DNA of 58,057 nt, taken from positions 1 through 58,057 of IMG/VR virus record IMGVR_UViG_3300025435_000024. One strand, given 5' to 3'. The DNA is from a virus (lineage: Duplodnaviria > Caudoviricetes). This document shows, one piece after another, positions 25,807 through 35,423 of the stretch (its first letter is position 1; each line of letters opens with the position of its first letter). A program made the position numbers and the translations under genes. A model generated the notes under the pieces. The model ran no database searches. It was not told where the DNA came from and saw only the letters and a program-made list of their open reading frames with translations.

Positions 25807-26591
25807 TGGGAACACATCTTGTCATACCTGACACACACGCTAAACCGAATGATGACTTTCGCCGCTTTGAGTGGGTTGGTAATGCTATTGTCGATCTACG
25901 TCCTGATGTTGTGGTTTATCTTGGGGACTTTGGCGATTTTGAGTCATTGTCTTCCTACGACAAGGGTAAGCTATCTTTTGAAGGTAAAAGGCTCCAAGAA
26001 GATATTCAGTCAGTTAGACATGCTCTAAGCTTGACTACATCTCCTTTGATTCAGCATAATTTAATGCTTGCAAAGAACCGTAAGAAGCAGTATAAACCAC
26101 GTATTATTATGCTAGGTGGCAATCACGATGACGATAGGCTTAAAAGATTGGTCAACAATACTCCTGAGCTTGCTGGTCTTGTTGGTGTTGATTCCATCGG
26201 TTATAATTCTTACGGCATGGAGTATTTTGAATACCAAGTTCCCGTTGTGGTTGACGATATTGCTTATTGTCATAACTTTGCATCTGGAGTCATGGGTAAG
26301 CCTATTGGGGGTGTAAATCTTGCTCGTTCCTTGGTTAAGCGAAACCACATGTCATCCACAGTCGGCCATGCTCATGTCTTTGATTATGCTGTTGAAGCAC
26401 GAGCAGACGGGCGAAAGCTTCATGGACTATCAGCTGGTTGTCTACTTGGCGGTTATGTACCCTCATATGCTAAGAATAGTGCCAAGTTCTGGTGGGAAGG
26501 TATTGTACTTAAAACTAATGTGAATATGGGTGATTATACACTTAAGCAGATTAGTCAAGATGAATTAAGGAGTTCCTATGGGCAAGGTTAA
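25806..26591 (+). CDS. calcineurin-like metallophosphoesterase
   Basis: DTH, GDFGD, GNHD, CH, GHAH motifs. Confidence 0.85.
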   Translation: MGTHLVIPDTHAKPNDDFRRFEWVGNAIVDLRPDVVVYLGDFGDFESLSSYDKGKLSFEGKRLQEDIQSVRHALSLTTSPLIQHNLMLAKNRKKQYKPRIIMLGGNHDDDRLKRLVNNTPELAGLVGVDSIGYNSYGMEYFEYQVPVVVDDIAYCHNFASGVMGKPIGGVNLARSLVKRNHMSSTVGHAHVFDYAVEARADGRKLHGLSAGCLLGGYVPSYAKNSAKFWWEGIVLKTNVNMGDYTLKQISQDELRSSYGQG

Positions 26592-26979
26592 AGAAGCAGC
26601 TTATTGTGAGACATGTGGTAATTTTAGTACAGGGATGCTATTATACGACAAATGTGATTATTGTGAAGACTTTATAACTGGTTGGAATGGTAAGACTTTA
26701 TGCCCAACTGAAGACCCAGTAGTAAACAATGTTATCAACAAGTTTATTACTCGTTCTGCTGAAGGTATGAAGAAATATGGCTTGACAATGCGAGAAAATC
26801 CACTAGACTTCATGGCTTGGGCACAACATGCACAAGAAGAAGCAATGGATTTTATTCTGTATATTGAACGGCTTAGGGAAGAATATATTAAGGAGCGCAC
26901 ACATGGATTTGACACAAGGGAAGATGTTAAGCCAAATGATCCACGAGTCCAAGGTGAACGACCTGGAGACTATTTATAA
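26578..26979 (+). CDS. MazG-like all-alpha NTP pyrophosphohydrolase-like protein
   Basis: RS..G.KKYG.T...W..HAQEEAMD...Y. Confidence 0.55.
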   Translation: MGKVKEAAYCETCGNFSTGMLLYDKCDYCEDFITGWNGKTLCPTEDPVVNNVINKFITRSAEGMKKYGLTMRENPLDFMAWAQHAQEEAMDFILYIERLREEYIKERTHGFDTREDVKPNDPRVQGERPGDYL

Positions 26980-27385
26980 CCCGACTTATGAGAATGCAGG
27001 GTATTTTGGGGCTTTACATGAGTTCCAACGTGCTGTATACTCTAAGACCTTTTTGCACCCCTCAGCTAAGTATCAAAAGACTGGACAGCTATTTGAAGCT
27101 GGCTCCAAATCCGCAGAACTGTGTGCTACATTGGTTGCAGAGGAGACTGGAGAGCTTATTGAGGCCCTAGGTCAAAAGACCGCTGACGAGGTTCTTAAAG
27201 AACTTGTGGACGTTATATATGTGGTAGTACGTATTGCTGCTATTTATGGCTGGCCTTTAGAGGAAGCATTTAGCCGAGTACATGAGAATAATATGGCTAA
27301 AGTGGCTAATGGTATTGTACGTAATGATGGTAAACTAACTAAAGCAGCTAATCATCCTAAAGTAGATTTGAAGGACTTGGTATGA
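26903..27385 (+). CDS. MazG/PRA-PH-like nucleotide pyrophosphohydrolase
   Basis: AGGAG RBS; EETGEL...KELVDVIYV...AFSRVHENNMAK...DGK..K. Confidence 0.8.
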   Translation: MDLTQGKMLSQMIHESKVNDLETIYNPTYENAGYFGALHEFQRAVYSKTFLHPSAKYQKTGQLFEAGSKSAELCATLVAEETGELIEALGQKTADEVLKELVDVIYVVVRIAAIYGWPLEEAFSRVHENNMAKVANGIVRNDGKLTKAANHPKVDLKDLV

Positions 27386-27552
27386 GTCTAATCCGAGCTA
27401 CAGTACTGGTTGAGATTGACACAGAGCTATATCCTGTACCTGCTGATGGTAAACTGTCAGAGTCTATTAGAGATGATCTAGAAGCTATTGCAGATGAAAT
27501 TTCTGGTCTAGAGGTTAAGAAAGTGAGTGTACGACATGAGTTTTTCTCTTGA
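27382..27552 (+). CDS. small conserved hypothetical protein (56 aa)
   Basis: ATGA-coupled; EIDTELYPVPADG. Confidence 0.55.
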   Translation: MSLIRATVLVEIDTELYPVPADGKLSESIRDDLEAIADEISGLEVKKVSVRHEFFS

Positions 27553-27994
27553 GTTAATCATTGCTGCTACTATATTAGGTGGTGTATGGCGGGTTATGCT
27601 AGGCGGTTGGCTAGGTCTGCCACGAGGGCTATTAATGGCTATTGGTGGGCTTATGGCGGCTGGTATTACATACATTAATACTCATAATTTTATTTTTGTT
27701 GGTTTAGCAACTGGCCTGACTCTATTCTACTTTTCAATTGGTAATGGGGCAGTACTAGGTAAACAAGGTACTTTTGTAGATTATTTAAAGATTTACATAG
27801 GTCCATCATTACTGGCGGTAATACTGGCGCTAGACGGCTATAATACTCCTGTAGAGATTGCGGGTGTTATTGCCGCCGCAGGTTATTATGCTTTTTGGCA
27901 ACCTTTTACTGTAAATGCTTCTCCTTGGAATATTAAAGCGGAAGCATTAATGGGTGCATCTTGGTTTGGTTTATTGGCGGTTAATTTAGGTTAA
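27536..27994 (+). CDS. multi-pass membrane protein
   Basis: About 5-6 hydrophobic Gly-rich segments. Confidence 0.6.
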   Translation: MSFSLELIIAATILGGVWRVMLGGWLGLPRGLLMAIGGLMAAGITYINTHNFIFVGLATGLTLFYFSIGNGAVLGKQGTFVDYLKIYIGPSLLAVILALDGYNTPVEIAGVIAAAGYYAFWQPFTVNASPWNIKAEALMGASWFGLLAVNLG

Positions 27995-28005
27995 TAAGGA
28001 ATAAT

Positions 28006-31000
28006 ATGCAGAATCTCCCTACCCCGTATCAAGAGTTCATTTTTAAGTCTCGTTATGCCCGCTGGGTGGATAGTGAGAATCGTCGTGAGAATTGGCCTGA
28101 AACAGTAAAGCGTTACTTTGACTTTATGGTTCGTCATCTATCCAAGAATATGAACTATGAAGTTGATAAAAATGTTCGTAATGAATTAGAACAAGCTGTA
28201 CTTAATCTAGAAATTCTGCCGTCCATGCGAGCTTTAATGACTGCTGGACCGGCACTTGAACGGGATGCTATCTGTGGCTATAACTGTTTTAGTGGGTATC
28301 AAAAATTCCTAACTAAAGAGTATGGATTAGTTAGATTTAAACATGTTCCGAGTACATCTGTTACAGTGCTTAATAAAAATAAAGAATGGGTGCCAGCAGA
28401 AATTAAATCTTTTGGCAACCAAAAGCTAATTCCTTTAGCGTTTGGACATGATAACACCAAGCGCACAGTATGGGCAACCGAGGGGCACGACTGGCTTCTG
28501 GAAAATGGTGAAAAAGTAAAGTCCAAATACCTGCGTGTTGGCGATAAAATTCCATACATTACTGCGCCAAAAATTGTCAGCAATAACATTGACTATGTTC
28601 GTGGTGTACAACACGGATTAGTTTATGGAGATGGCACTGTCACAAAAAGCGCAGAACGAGTGAAGGGTTATCATATTCGCCTCTGTGGCGATCAAAATGA
28701 TCTACTACCATACTTTGAAGGCTACCCAGTAACATATCCGCCATCCACAAATGGTGAACCTGTAATAATGATGTATGACGGATTTGCTAAAACGCACAGT
28801 CTAAAAACATTGCCTGATATTTCTGAAACGTCAGATTATCTGATTGGATTTTTCCGTGGGTGGATGGCTGCTGATGGCGCTGTTGCTGCCAATCATCAAG
28901 TCAGTCTGTGTTGCTCAGAAGAAGAGGCAGAATGGTGTAAGACTGTAATGTCTATTCATGGTTATACATTTTCTGTCTGGTCTAGATTGCCTGATACTAC
29001 TAATTTTGGCGAACGTAAGAAAATTTCTGGTAGGCTTTACGTTGATAGAGCCTCTTTAGATTCTGAAGATTTTATTATACAGCGTAAACGCGATAATTTT
29101 AAACCTGCTAAAATTACTTGGTCTTATCGTGGAGAAGACGAAGAAGTAAAAAAAGTACGAGTTGAGGCTGGGTTAGATGCGTACATGTATGATGAAGTCT
29201 ACTGTGCAGTAGTTCCTAATACACACACTTTTACATTGGAGAGTGGAATTGTCACCGGAAATTGTGCCTATCTTACTGTCGATGATCTACGTGCCTTTGA
29301 TGAGTGCCTTGTTATTCTCATGTCGGGTACAGGGGTGGGCTTTTCAGTCGAACAGAAATACGTGGATAAGTTACCTACTGTGGCTGAGCATTTTGAACGA
29401 TCTGATACTACTATCGTTGTAGATGATTCTAAAGCAGGTTGGGGTAGGGCATTACGTGAGCTTATCACTCTCTTATATTCTGGACAAATTCCTAAGTGGG
29501 ATGTATCTAAGCTACGTCCTGCTGGTGCAAAACTTAAAATTATGGGAGGTCGTTCTAGTGGGCCTGAGCCTCTTGTTGACTTGTTTAATTTTTGTGTACA
29601 CACTATTAAGTCTGCAAAAGGACGACGACTAACTACGTTAGAGTGTCATGACCTTGTCTGCAAAATTGCAGAAGTAGTTGTTGTAGGTGGGACACGTCGA
29701 AGTGCGTTAATTTCATTATCAGATTTGTCAGATGTGCGTATTCAGACAGCTAAATCTGGTCAGTGGTGGCTAACACATCCACATCGTGCGTTAGCTAATA
29801 ACTCTGCTGTGTACCATGATGATGTGACGCTAGACCAGTTCATGGATGAATGGAAGGCATTGTATCAATCTGGTTCAGGAGAACGTGGAATTATAAATCG
29901 TGACGCCATGCAACGAATTATGGCTAGGAATGGACGCAGAGATTCTAATCATTTGGTAGGCACAAATCCGTGTGTTCCTGGTGACACTTTAATCCTTACA
30001 GATCAAGGATATAAAGAGATTAAAGATTGCGTAGATAAAGAGACAGTTATCTGGAATGGCAAAGAATGGAGCAAAGTTAAACCATTCTCTACTGGTTTTA
30101 ATCCGTTAGTTCGAGTGCATTTTTCTGATGGTACGTACCTTGACTGTACGCCTTACCACAAGTTTGTATTGGCTGGTAATGTACGTGTCATGGCATGTGA
30201 ATTGGCACCGGGAGAACGGCTAGAGAAGTTTAAAATGCCAGTTGTTGAAACTGGTATTGAATACTCTGTTGACGCCTATAGTCAAGGTTTCTATTCAGGC
30301 GACGGTACAAAGAATATTAAACATTCTAATTTGTATAATACAAAATATATGTGTCAAAATCGTCTGGTTGGCACGTTTAGTGAAGAGCATTATGATAAGC
30401 GTAAAACATGGAAACATGGTGCTATGTTTACAAAAGATTTTGTGCCAGTTGATGGCACAAAAGAGTATTGCTTAAACTGGCTTGCAGGTATTCTAGATAG
30501 TGATGGTACAGTTACACGAGACATTAATGGAAACGGTGTACAAATTGGCTCTATTGATAAAAACTTTTTGTTAAACATTCGCCTGATGTTGACTCGTCTT
30601 GGTGTACAGGCTAAGATTAGCACAGGTAATGTTGCTGGTATGCGCCCATTGCCCGATGGTCGTGGTGGCACTGCTATGTATCAGTGTCAAACTGGTTATC
30701 GTTTATTGATTGGTAACACAGACACATATCATCTGTTGTATATTGGGTTAAAGTGTAATCGCTTGGAGTTGCATAATAATGCGCCACAACGTGATGCTCG
30801 TAGGTTTGTACAAGTAACTGGCGTTACAGATTTAACTAATTATGATGAATACGATTATGGATATACAGAGACTTTCTGTTTTACAGATGAGCTAAATAGC
30901 ACAGGTACATTTAATGGAATTGTCACAGGAAACTGCTCTGAAATCATTCTACGACCACAGCAATTCTGCAATCTCACTTCAGTCATTTGTCGATCAAGTG

Positions 31001-31863
31001 ACACTCCAGATATTCTTGTACGGAAAGTCACACTGGCTACAATCCTTGGAACATGGCAATCGACTCTTACCCATTTCAAGTATCTACGAAAGAAGTGGAA
31101 AGATAACTGTGACGAAGAACGACTGCTAGGCGTAAGTCTTAATGGTATTGCAGACTCATTTCTAGGTACTAATGCACCTTATTACACTAAGCCAGTACTA
31201 AATCAACTAAAAGAGGCTGCTATCAATGCAAACAAGGTTTGGGCAGATAATCTTGGTATTAATGTGTCTACTGCTATTACTTGTATTAAGCCTGAAGGTA
31301 CTACTTCTCAACTTGTTAATTGTAGCAGCGGTATCCATAGCCGCCACGCTCCTTATTACATTCGACGAGTGAGGCAGGATAACAAAGACCCATTGACACA
31401 GTTTATGAAGGACCAAGGCGTACCGTGGGAGCCATGTGTACTTAACCCTAACCAAATATCTATCTTTAGCTTCCCTATTGCTGGTCCAGAGAATACAGCA
31501 CAGTCAGCTATTCATCAGCTTGAGCAATGGAAGGCATTTCAAGAGTCCTACACAGAGCATAAGCCTAGCATTACTGTAACCATTAAAAATAATGAATGGC
31601 TTGATGTAGCTGCCTGGGTATGGAAGAATATGTCCATCATGTCTGGTGTATCGTTCCTGCCTGATGCTACAGAAGGTAATGTCACATATCAGCAGATGCC
31701 ATATGAAACCATTACCAAAGAAGAATATGAAAAACTTGAAGCAGTTATGCCAAAAACACTTGACTGGGATAAGCTTTCACAGTATGAATTAGAGGATACT
31801 ACTACAGCCAGCAAAGAATTTGCATGTGTTGGTGATGTGTGTGAAGTTGTGGGGAGTGCATGA
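28006..31863 (+). CDS. nrdJ: class II (adenosylcobalamin-dependent) ribonucleotide reductase with two inteins; mature protein 638 aa
   Basis: SRYARW, PSMR, NC, GTGVGFS, VVVGGTRRSA, ANNS, TNPCSEI, CNL, KPEGT, C-terminal CVGDVC; no nrdB gene seen. Confidence 0.9.
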   Translation: MQNLPTPYQEFIFKSRYARWVDSENRRENWPETVKRYFDFMVRHLSKNMNYEVDKNVRNELEQAVLNLEILPSMRALMTAGPALERDAICGYNCFSGYQKFLTKEYGLVRFKHVPSTSVTVLNKNKEWVPAEIKSFGNQKLIPLAFGHDNTKRTVWATEGHDWLLENGEKVKSKYLRVGDKIPYITAPKIVSNNIDYVRGVQHGLVYGDGTVTKSAERVKGYHIRLCGDQNDLLPYFEGYPVTYPPSTNGEPVIMMYDGFAKTHSLKTLPDISETSDYLIGFFRGWMAADGAVAANHQVSLCCSEEEAEWCKTVMSIHGYTFSVWSRLPDTTNFGERKKISGRLYVDRASLDSEDFIIQRKRDNFKPAKITWSYRGEDEEVKKVRVEAGLDAYMYDEVYCAVVPNTHTFTLESGIVTGNCAYLTVDDLRAFDECLVILMSGTGVGFSVEQKYVDKLPTVAEHFERSDTTIVVDDSKAGWGRALRELITLLYSGQIPKWDVSKLRPAGAKLKIMGGRSSGPEPLVDLFNFCVHTIKSAKGRRLTTLECHDLVCKIAEVVVVGGTRRSALISLSDLSDVRIQTAKSGQWWLTHPHRALANNSAVYHDDVTLDQFMDEWKALYQSGSGERGIINRDAMQRIMARNGRRDSNHLVGTNPCVPGDTLILTDQGYKEIKDCVDKETVIWNGKEWSKVKPFSTGFNPLVRVHFSDGTYLDCTPYHKFVLAGNVRVMACELAPGERLEKFKMPVVETGIEYSVDAYSQGFYSGDGTKNIKHSNLYNTKYMCQNRLVGTFSEEHYDKRKTWKHGAMFTKDFVPVDGTKEYCLNWLAGILDSDGTVTRDINGNGVQIGSIDKNFLLNIRLMLTRLGVQAKISTGNVAGMRPLPDGRGGTAMYQCQTGYRLLIGNTDTYHLLYIGLKCNRLELHNNAPQRDARRFVQVTGVTDLTNYDEYDYGYTETFCFTDELNSTGTFNGIVTGNCSEIILRPQQFCNLTSVICRSSDTPDILVRKVTLATILGTWQSTLTHFKYLRKKWKDNCDEERLLGVSLNGIADSFLGTNAPYYTKPVLNQLKEAAINANKVWADNLGINVSTAITCIKPEGTTSQLVNCSSGIHSRHAPYYIRRVRQDNKDPLTQFMKDQGVPWEPCVLNPNQISIFSFPIAGPENTAQSAIHQLEQWKAFQESYTEHKPSITVTIKNNEWLDVAAWVWKNMSIMSGVSFLPDATEGNVTYQQMPYETITKEEYEKLEAVMPKTLDWDKLSQYELEDTTTASKEFACVGDVCEVVGSA
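28285..29262 (+). mobile_element. intein 1 in RNR (326 aa, LAGLIDADG)
   Basis: GYN/CFSG...IVTGN/CAY; HGLVYGDG and RGWMAADG. Confidence 0.92.
29971..30933 (+). mobile_element. intein 2 in RNR (321 aa, LAGLIDADG)
   Basis: TNP/CVPGDT...TPYH...IVTGN/CSEI; GFYSGDG and LAGILDSDG. Confidence 0.93.
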
Positions 31864-32213
31864 CCAACACTAAAGTAGTAACTAAACACGGTTTTCTATT
31901 GATGAAAGTTGTACGAGAGTTGTCTCTAAAGCGTATGGATGATCAAGGCTTACCTCATTCATACTTTAAAGCAATTAAGAATATTGGACCAGCAGCAGAA
32001 GATGTATGTCGTGTAGTCAGTGATGATGATGGTTATTGGAAATACAGATTTATTAAATACTCTGCTCCAACAGCCACTCTTGAAAGTTTACCTGATACAC
32101 TTACATTAGAACAAGTTGATCTATTCCAATGGGATAAACATACAAAAGAGGCTATTAAATTAGTGTGGAATAATCCTAAGACCATTGTAAAGCCACCAAA
32201 GGATGCAGCATAA
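31860..32213 (+). CDS. hypothetical protein
   Basis: Coupled ORF. Confidence 0.55.
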   Translation: MTNTKVVTKHGFLLMKVVRELSLKRMDDQGLPHSYFKAIKNIGPAAEDVCRVVSDDDGYWKYRFIKYSAPTATLESLPDTLTLEQVDLFQWDKHTKEAIKLVWNNPKTIVKPPKDAA

Positions 32214-32455
32214 TGGAAGAATTGCCTAAGCTATGGTATTGGTTTACTTGGGCTAATGATGGAGCCTATGAAGCTCGTATTGAAACATTTGAAGACATGA
32301 TTGAAGCTCATGCTAAACATACAGAAAGGTCTAGACATGCCCTCATCATCACACCAGTCACAGAGCACTTTGGAGCAGAGATTGGATGCAGAGATGCAGG
32401 ACTTCGTTTCTGGTCCTCCAAAGGAGCATTTGGACGACCAAAGCGAGATAGGTGA
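32213..32455 (+). CDS. hypothetical protein
   Basis: TAATG-coupled. Confidence 0.45.
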   Translation: MEELPKLWYWFTWANDGAYEARIETFEDMIEAHAKHTERSRHALIITPVTEHFGAEIGCRDAGLRFWSSKGAFGRPKRDR

Positions 32456-32735
32456 GGAACAGGATTGGGTATATCATCCTCATATTAGTCGTATAGCTGC
32501 TGACTTTGGTTGTGATGAAGATACTATTCTAGAGATTGGTAATAGACTTCTACGACCTCCAGGTGATGCTGTTCGACACATAACTGAAGGTATGGATGGA
32601 CACGCCTCTCAGCGTCTATTAGATAAATTAGCCATGCTGCATACATTCTATAGTTTGGCTATATTTGCAGATCAGCCAATGCCACCAATTCAAATGCGAG
32701 AAGGTGTTAAACCTCGCGGAACAGGAAACTTTTAA
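32301..32735 (+). CDS. hypothetical protein (true start probably downstream, e.g. 32394)
   Basis: Stop codon coupled to the next gene. Confidence 0.5.
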   Translation: MKLMLNIQKGLDMPSSSHQSQSTLEQRLDAEMQDFVSGPPKEHLDDQSEIGEEQDWVYHPHISRIAADFGCDEDTILEIGNRLLRPPGDAVRHITEGMDGHASQRLLDKLAMLHTFYSLAIFADQPMPPIQMREGVKPRGTGNF

Positions 32736-32977
32736 TGACTGATAATGTAGTTAAGTTAAATAAAGATGATGTAACTGCACGAGAGTTTCTAGAAAAGTTC
32801 TTATCTAAGTTTGAAGAAGATATTGGTGAGTTTAATAGGTTCTTTATTATTGCAGAATTTAAACACAAAGATGACGAGTCTATTACAGAGACACTGGATG
32901 CGTGTTTTAAATACTCAACTATTGAGATTTTAGGTAATCTGGAGTTTGCTAAACTTGCTTATTTTGAGAGGGATTAA
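32735..32977 (+). CDS. hypothetical protein
   Basis: DNVVKL...EILGNLEFAK. Confidence 0.55.
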   Translation: MTDNVVKLNKDDVTAREFLEKFLSKFEEDIGEFNRFFIIAEFKHKDDESITETLDACFKYSTIEILGNLEFAKLAYFERD

Positions 32978-33498
32978 TGACCACTGTAATAGGCTGTGCT
33001 GTTAATGGCGTAGTTCATATGGCTTCCGATAGTTTAAGTTCTACGGAAGATATACACCAAGAGTGCACAATGCCTAAGATATTTAAATTAGGTCAATTCC
33101 TTATTGGTATAGCCGGTTCGTGGGAAGGTACTAATTATCTTAAATACAAGATGAATCTAGCCAAAATAAATAAAACGTCTATAAAGCAGGACGTGTATGG
33201 CAAAGTTTATGAACTGTTCTATGACCATAAAGACAAGCTAGACAAAGACCTTGAAGTGCTTATTGGTCTTAGTGGTAGGTTATTTCAATGGACTGATGGC
33301 GTATTGACTGAGAATAAAGATGGTGTAGAGGCTATTGGCTCAGGTTATATGTATGCTTTAGGTTCATTTTATACACAGTACGATAGACCATCTGATTCAG
33401 ATATAGAAACTGATTTAATTACAGCTATTAAAGCTGCTACGTATTATGATCCACGCACAGGTGGAGATATTCAATATATGAACTCATTAGAGGGGTAA
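32977..33498 (+). CDS. HslV/proteasome beta-like Ntn threonine peptidase
   Basis: N-terminal MTT, ASDS, KIF, IAGS, AIGSG..YALG, D..TGG. Confidence 0.75.
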   Translation: MTTVIGCAVNGVVHMASDSLSSTEDIHQECTMPKIFKLGQFLIGIAGSWEGTNYLKYKMNLAKINKTSIKQDVYGKVYELFYDHKDKLDKDLEVLIGLSGRLFQWTDGVLTENKDGVEAIGSGYMYALGSFYTQYDRPSDSDIETDLITAIKAATYYDPRTGGDIQYMNSLEG

Positions 33499-33499
33499 T

Positions 33500-33691
33500 A
33501 TGTACTCAGACGAATATCATAAATGGATGAAATGGTCATATGCTTTAAATGAGATTGGTGCAGCACTAAATGCAGCCTGTGTATTTGAAGTTTCTAGCTT
33601 AGTAATAATGCATAGGGCTTGTTATCCTCATTATCAATTTAGACTTCCACAACCGTATGATGCCTTAAAATATAGAGAGAAGTATGCCTAA
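33500..33691 (+). CDS. hypothetical protein
   Basis: 63 aa, GAGG RBS. Confidence 0.4.
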   Translation: MYSDEYHKWMKWSYALNEIGAALNAACVFEVSSLVIMHRACYPHYQFRLPQPYDALKYREKYA

Positions 33692-34343
33692 GTTTATTAC
33701 AGAACCAGGATTTGTAGAATACAAAGACCATATGGGTACAGATATGTCTGTGGTCGATGCTGCACGAGTGTCATTTCACAAGGAATCAACTAATTATGAT
33801 GATGTTTCAAACGAAAAGCTTATACATTTCCTTGCTAAAGAACACCACGAGCTTCCTTTCGCCCATACTTCTATACAGTTACGTATTAAGTCAAGCATAT
33901 CCATTGCACGACAATTCGGAAAGCACCAGGTGGGATTTAGTTGGAATGAAGTAAGTCGTAGGTATGTTACTGATGAACCAGAGTTCTACATACCTGCTGA
34001 ATGGCGTGGTAAGCCAATTAATAAGAAACAAGGTTCATCTAAGTATGAAGATGAAAATAGCATAGACTGGCTAACTCATAATTATAAATCCGCTATTAAA
34101 GCGGCATACGACACATATTTAGATATGATTAAGCTTAATGTTGCACCAGAGTTAGCTCGTCTAGTGCTACCACAATCTATGATGACTGAGTGGATTTGGA
34201 CAGGTAGCTTGTTAGGCTATGCGCGAGTTTATAAGCTACGTACTGGTCCAGATAGCCAGTATGAGTCTCAATACATAGCTCATAAAATTGGCGAAGTATG
34301 TGAGAAGCTATTTCCTATTAGTTGGAAAGTACTTACTTCGTAG
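33684..34343 (+). CDS. thyX: FAD-dependent thymidylate synthase
   Basis: VVDAARVSF, H..PFAH, ARQ..KH...NEVSRRY, PE.AR.VLPQS. Confidence 0.92.
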   Translation: MPKFITEPGFVEYKDHMGTDMSVVDAARVSFHKESTNYDDVSNEKLIHFLAKEHHELPFAHTSIQLRIKSSISIARQFGKHQVGFSWNEVSRRYVTDEPEFYIPAEWRGKPINKKQGSSKYEDENSIDWLTHNYKSAIKAAYDTYLDMIKLNVAPELARLVLPQSMMTEWIWTGSLLGYARVYKLRTGPDSQYESQYIAHKIGEVCEKLFPISWKVLTS

Positions 34344-34551
34344 GAATGGGTTTCTGACACACTTTTTGCACAGTTAGATTGTGTGTCAGAATTTCCCTAG
34401 CAGTAATATCGGTAAGCTTGTCGTCCTTTGAAATCATAATGTAATTCAAAAGATCACAATTATTGATCTCTTGTAAATGGTCGCAACTGCTCAGTAACGG
34501 CATTAGTGCCAAGCTGACCAACAGTAGTTTGAATTTGAATTGTTTTAGCAT
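34333..34551 (-). CDS. o-spanin (Rz1-like lipoprotein)
   Basis: Signal peptide with lipobox LLSSC; overlaps the i-spanin. Confidence 0.7.
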   Translation of the reverse strand: MLKQFKFKLLLVSLALMPLLSSCDHLQEINNCDLLNYIMISKDDKLTDITAREILTHNLTVQKVCQKPIPTK

Positions 34552-34714
34552 CGTCCTCTGCTCGCTTTTCTGAAATTTGTGCTTTTACAGCATTGGCTCC
34601 ATCTGACCGAGCCTTAAAATAACCTAATACTAAAGCTAGAGCAATAGCCCCACCAGTGGCTAAATACCCCCAAACTTTATCCAGCCCTGTCAGTGCAAAT
34701 AATGTACTAAACAT
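34460..34714 (-). CDS. i-spanin (Rz-like)
   Basis: N-terminal TM helix then a helical domain; follows the endolysin. Confidence 0.65.
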   Translation of the reverse strand: MFSTLFALTGLDKVWGYLATGGAIALALVLGYFKARSDGANAVKAQISEKRAEDDAKTIQIQTTVGQLGTNAVTEQLRPFTRDQ

Positions 34715-35423
34715 TTGTATTAGCCTTATGTTTTTGATATTCCGTATATGCAAAATATAATGCACCAAGGATTAGTATGGCTCCAATAACCCAAGGTGCC
34801 GTAGTAATGACCTGCTGAATGAGCGGAGTTACAGCACTAATTTGGTCATATGGAATGCTCTGTACTGCCTGTGACACAACCGTGATAGTCCCAACACCAC
34901 CTGCCGCACTAGCAGCTACAAGGTTAGGATTAGACTTAACAGGTGGTGGAGGAGCATCAGCAATACCAGCTAATAGCAATCCCTTACGCATAGTTTCAGT
35001 ATCATACCACGGTGTAGTTGTAGCACCATTCTCTTGCATAATAATAGCACTCACAAATGGTAACATTATTTCATACTTATCAAAGTCCAAAACATCATCC
35101 GCACTACCAAGGAACCCTTGTTCCTTCATGCGATGAGTGACAAATGTTACATAGGCGTCAGTATCATTTTCATTGGGCGGTGCCCACCGAGTAATAGCTT
35201 TACGGATTGTGTTAATTCCTTGCTTATCGTAAGTAAGAATAATCTTAGCGATAGCACGAATACCGTATTCAGGTGCAATGAATTGCTCAAATTCTTTCCT
35301 CCCAAGCTTAGAACGCTTATCGTCAGTATTTTGATCTAGTGGAACTTTACCTTGCCACTTAGTATCACTTATACGAATATTACCAGGATTGGAATTCCTT
35401 ATGCCACGAGGTAATTCAGACAT
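34707..35423 (-). CDS. lysozyme-like endolysin with C-terminal membrane segments
   Basis: RGIRNSNPGNI, YGIRA, RWAPPNENDT.AY, ENG; hydrophobic tail; lies between holin and spanins. Confidence 0.65.
   Translation of the reverse strand: MSELPRGIRNSNPGNIRISDTKWQGKVPLDQNTDDKRSKLGRKEFEQFIAPEYGIRAIAKIILTYDKQGINTIRKAITRWAPPNENDTDAYVTFVTHRMKEQGFLGSADDVLDFDKYEIMLPFVSAIIMQENGATTTPWYDTETMRKGLLLAGIADAPPPPVKSNPNLVAASAAGGVGTITVVSQAVQSIPYDQISAVTPLIQQVITTAPWVIGAILILGALYFAYTEYQKHKANTNV

Noticed and set aside
6999-34343. Integrase, phage RNA polymerase, reverse transcriptase (retron/DGR), PurZ or 7-deazaguanine pathway
   Set aside because: No diagnostic motifs recognised in any ORF. Absence was judged by eye and needs an HMM search.
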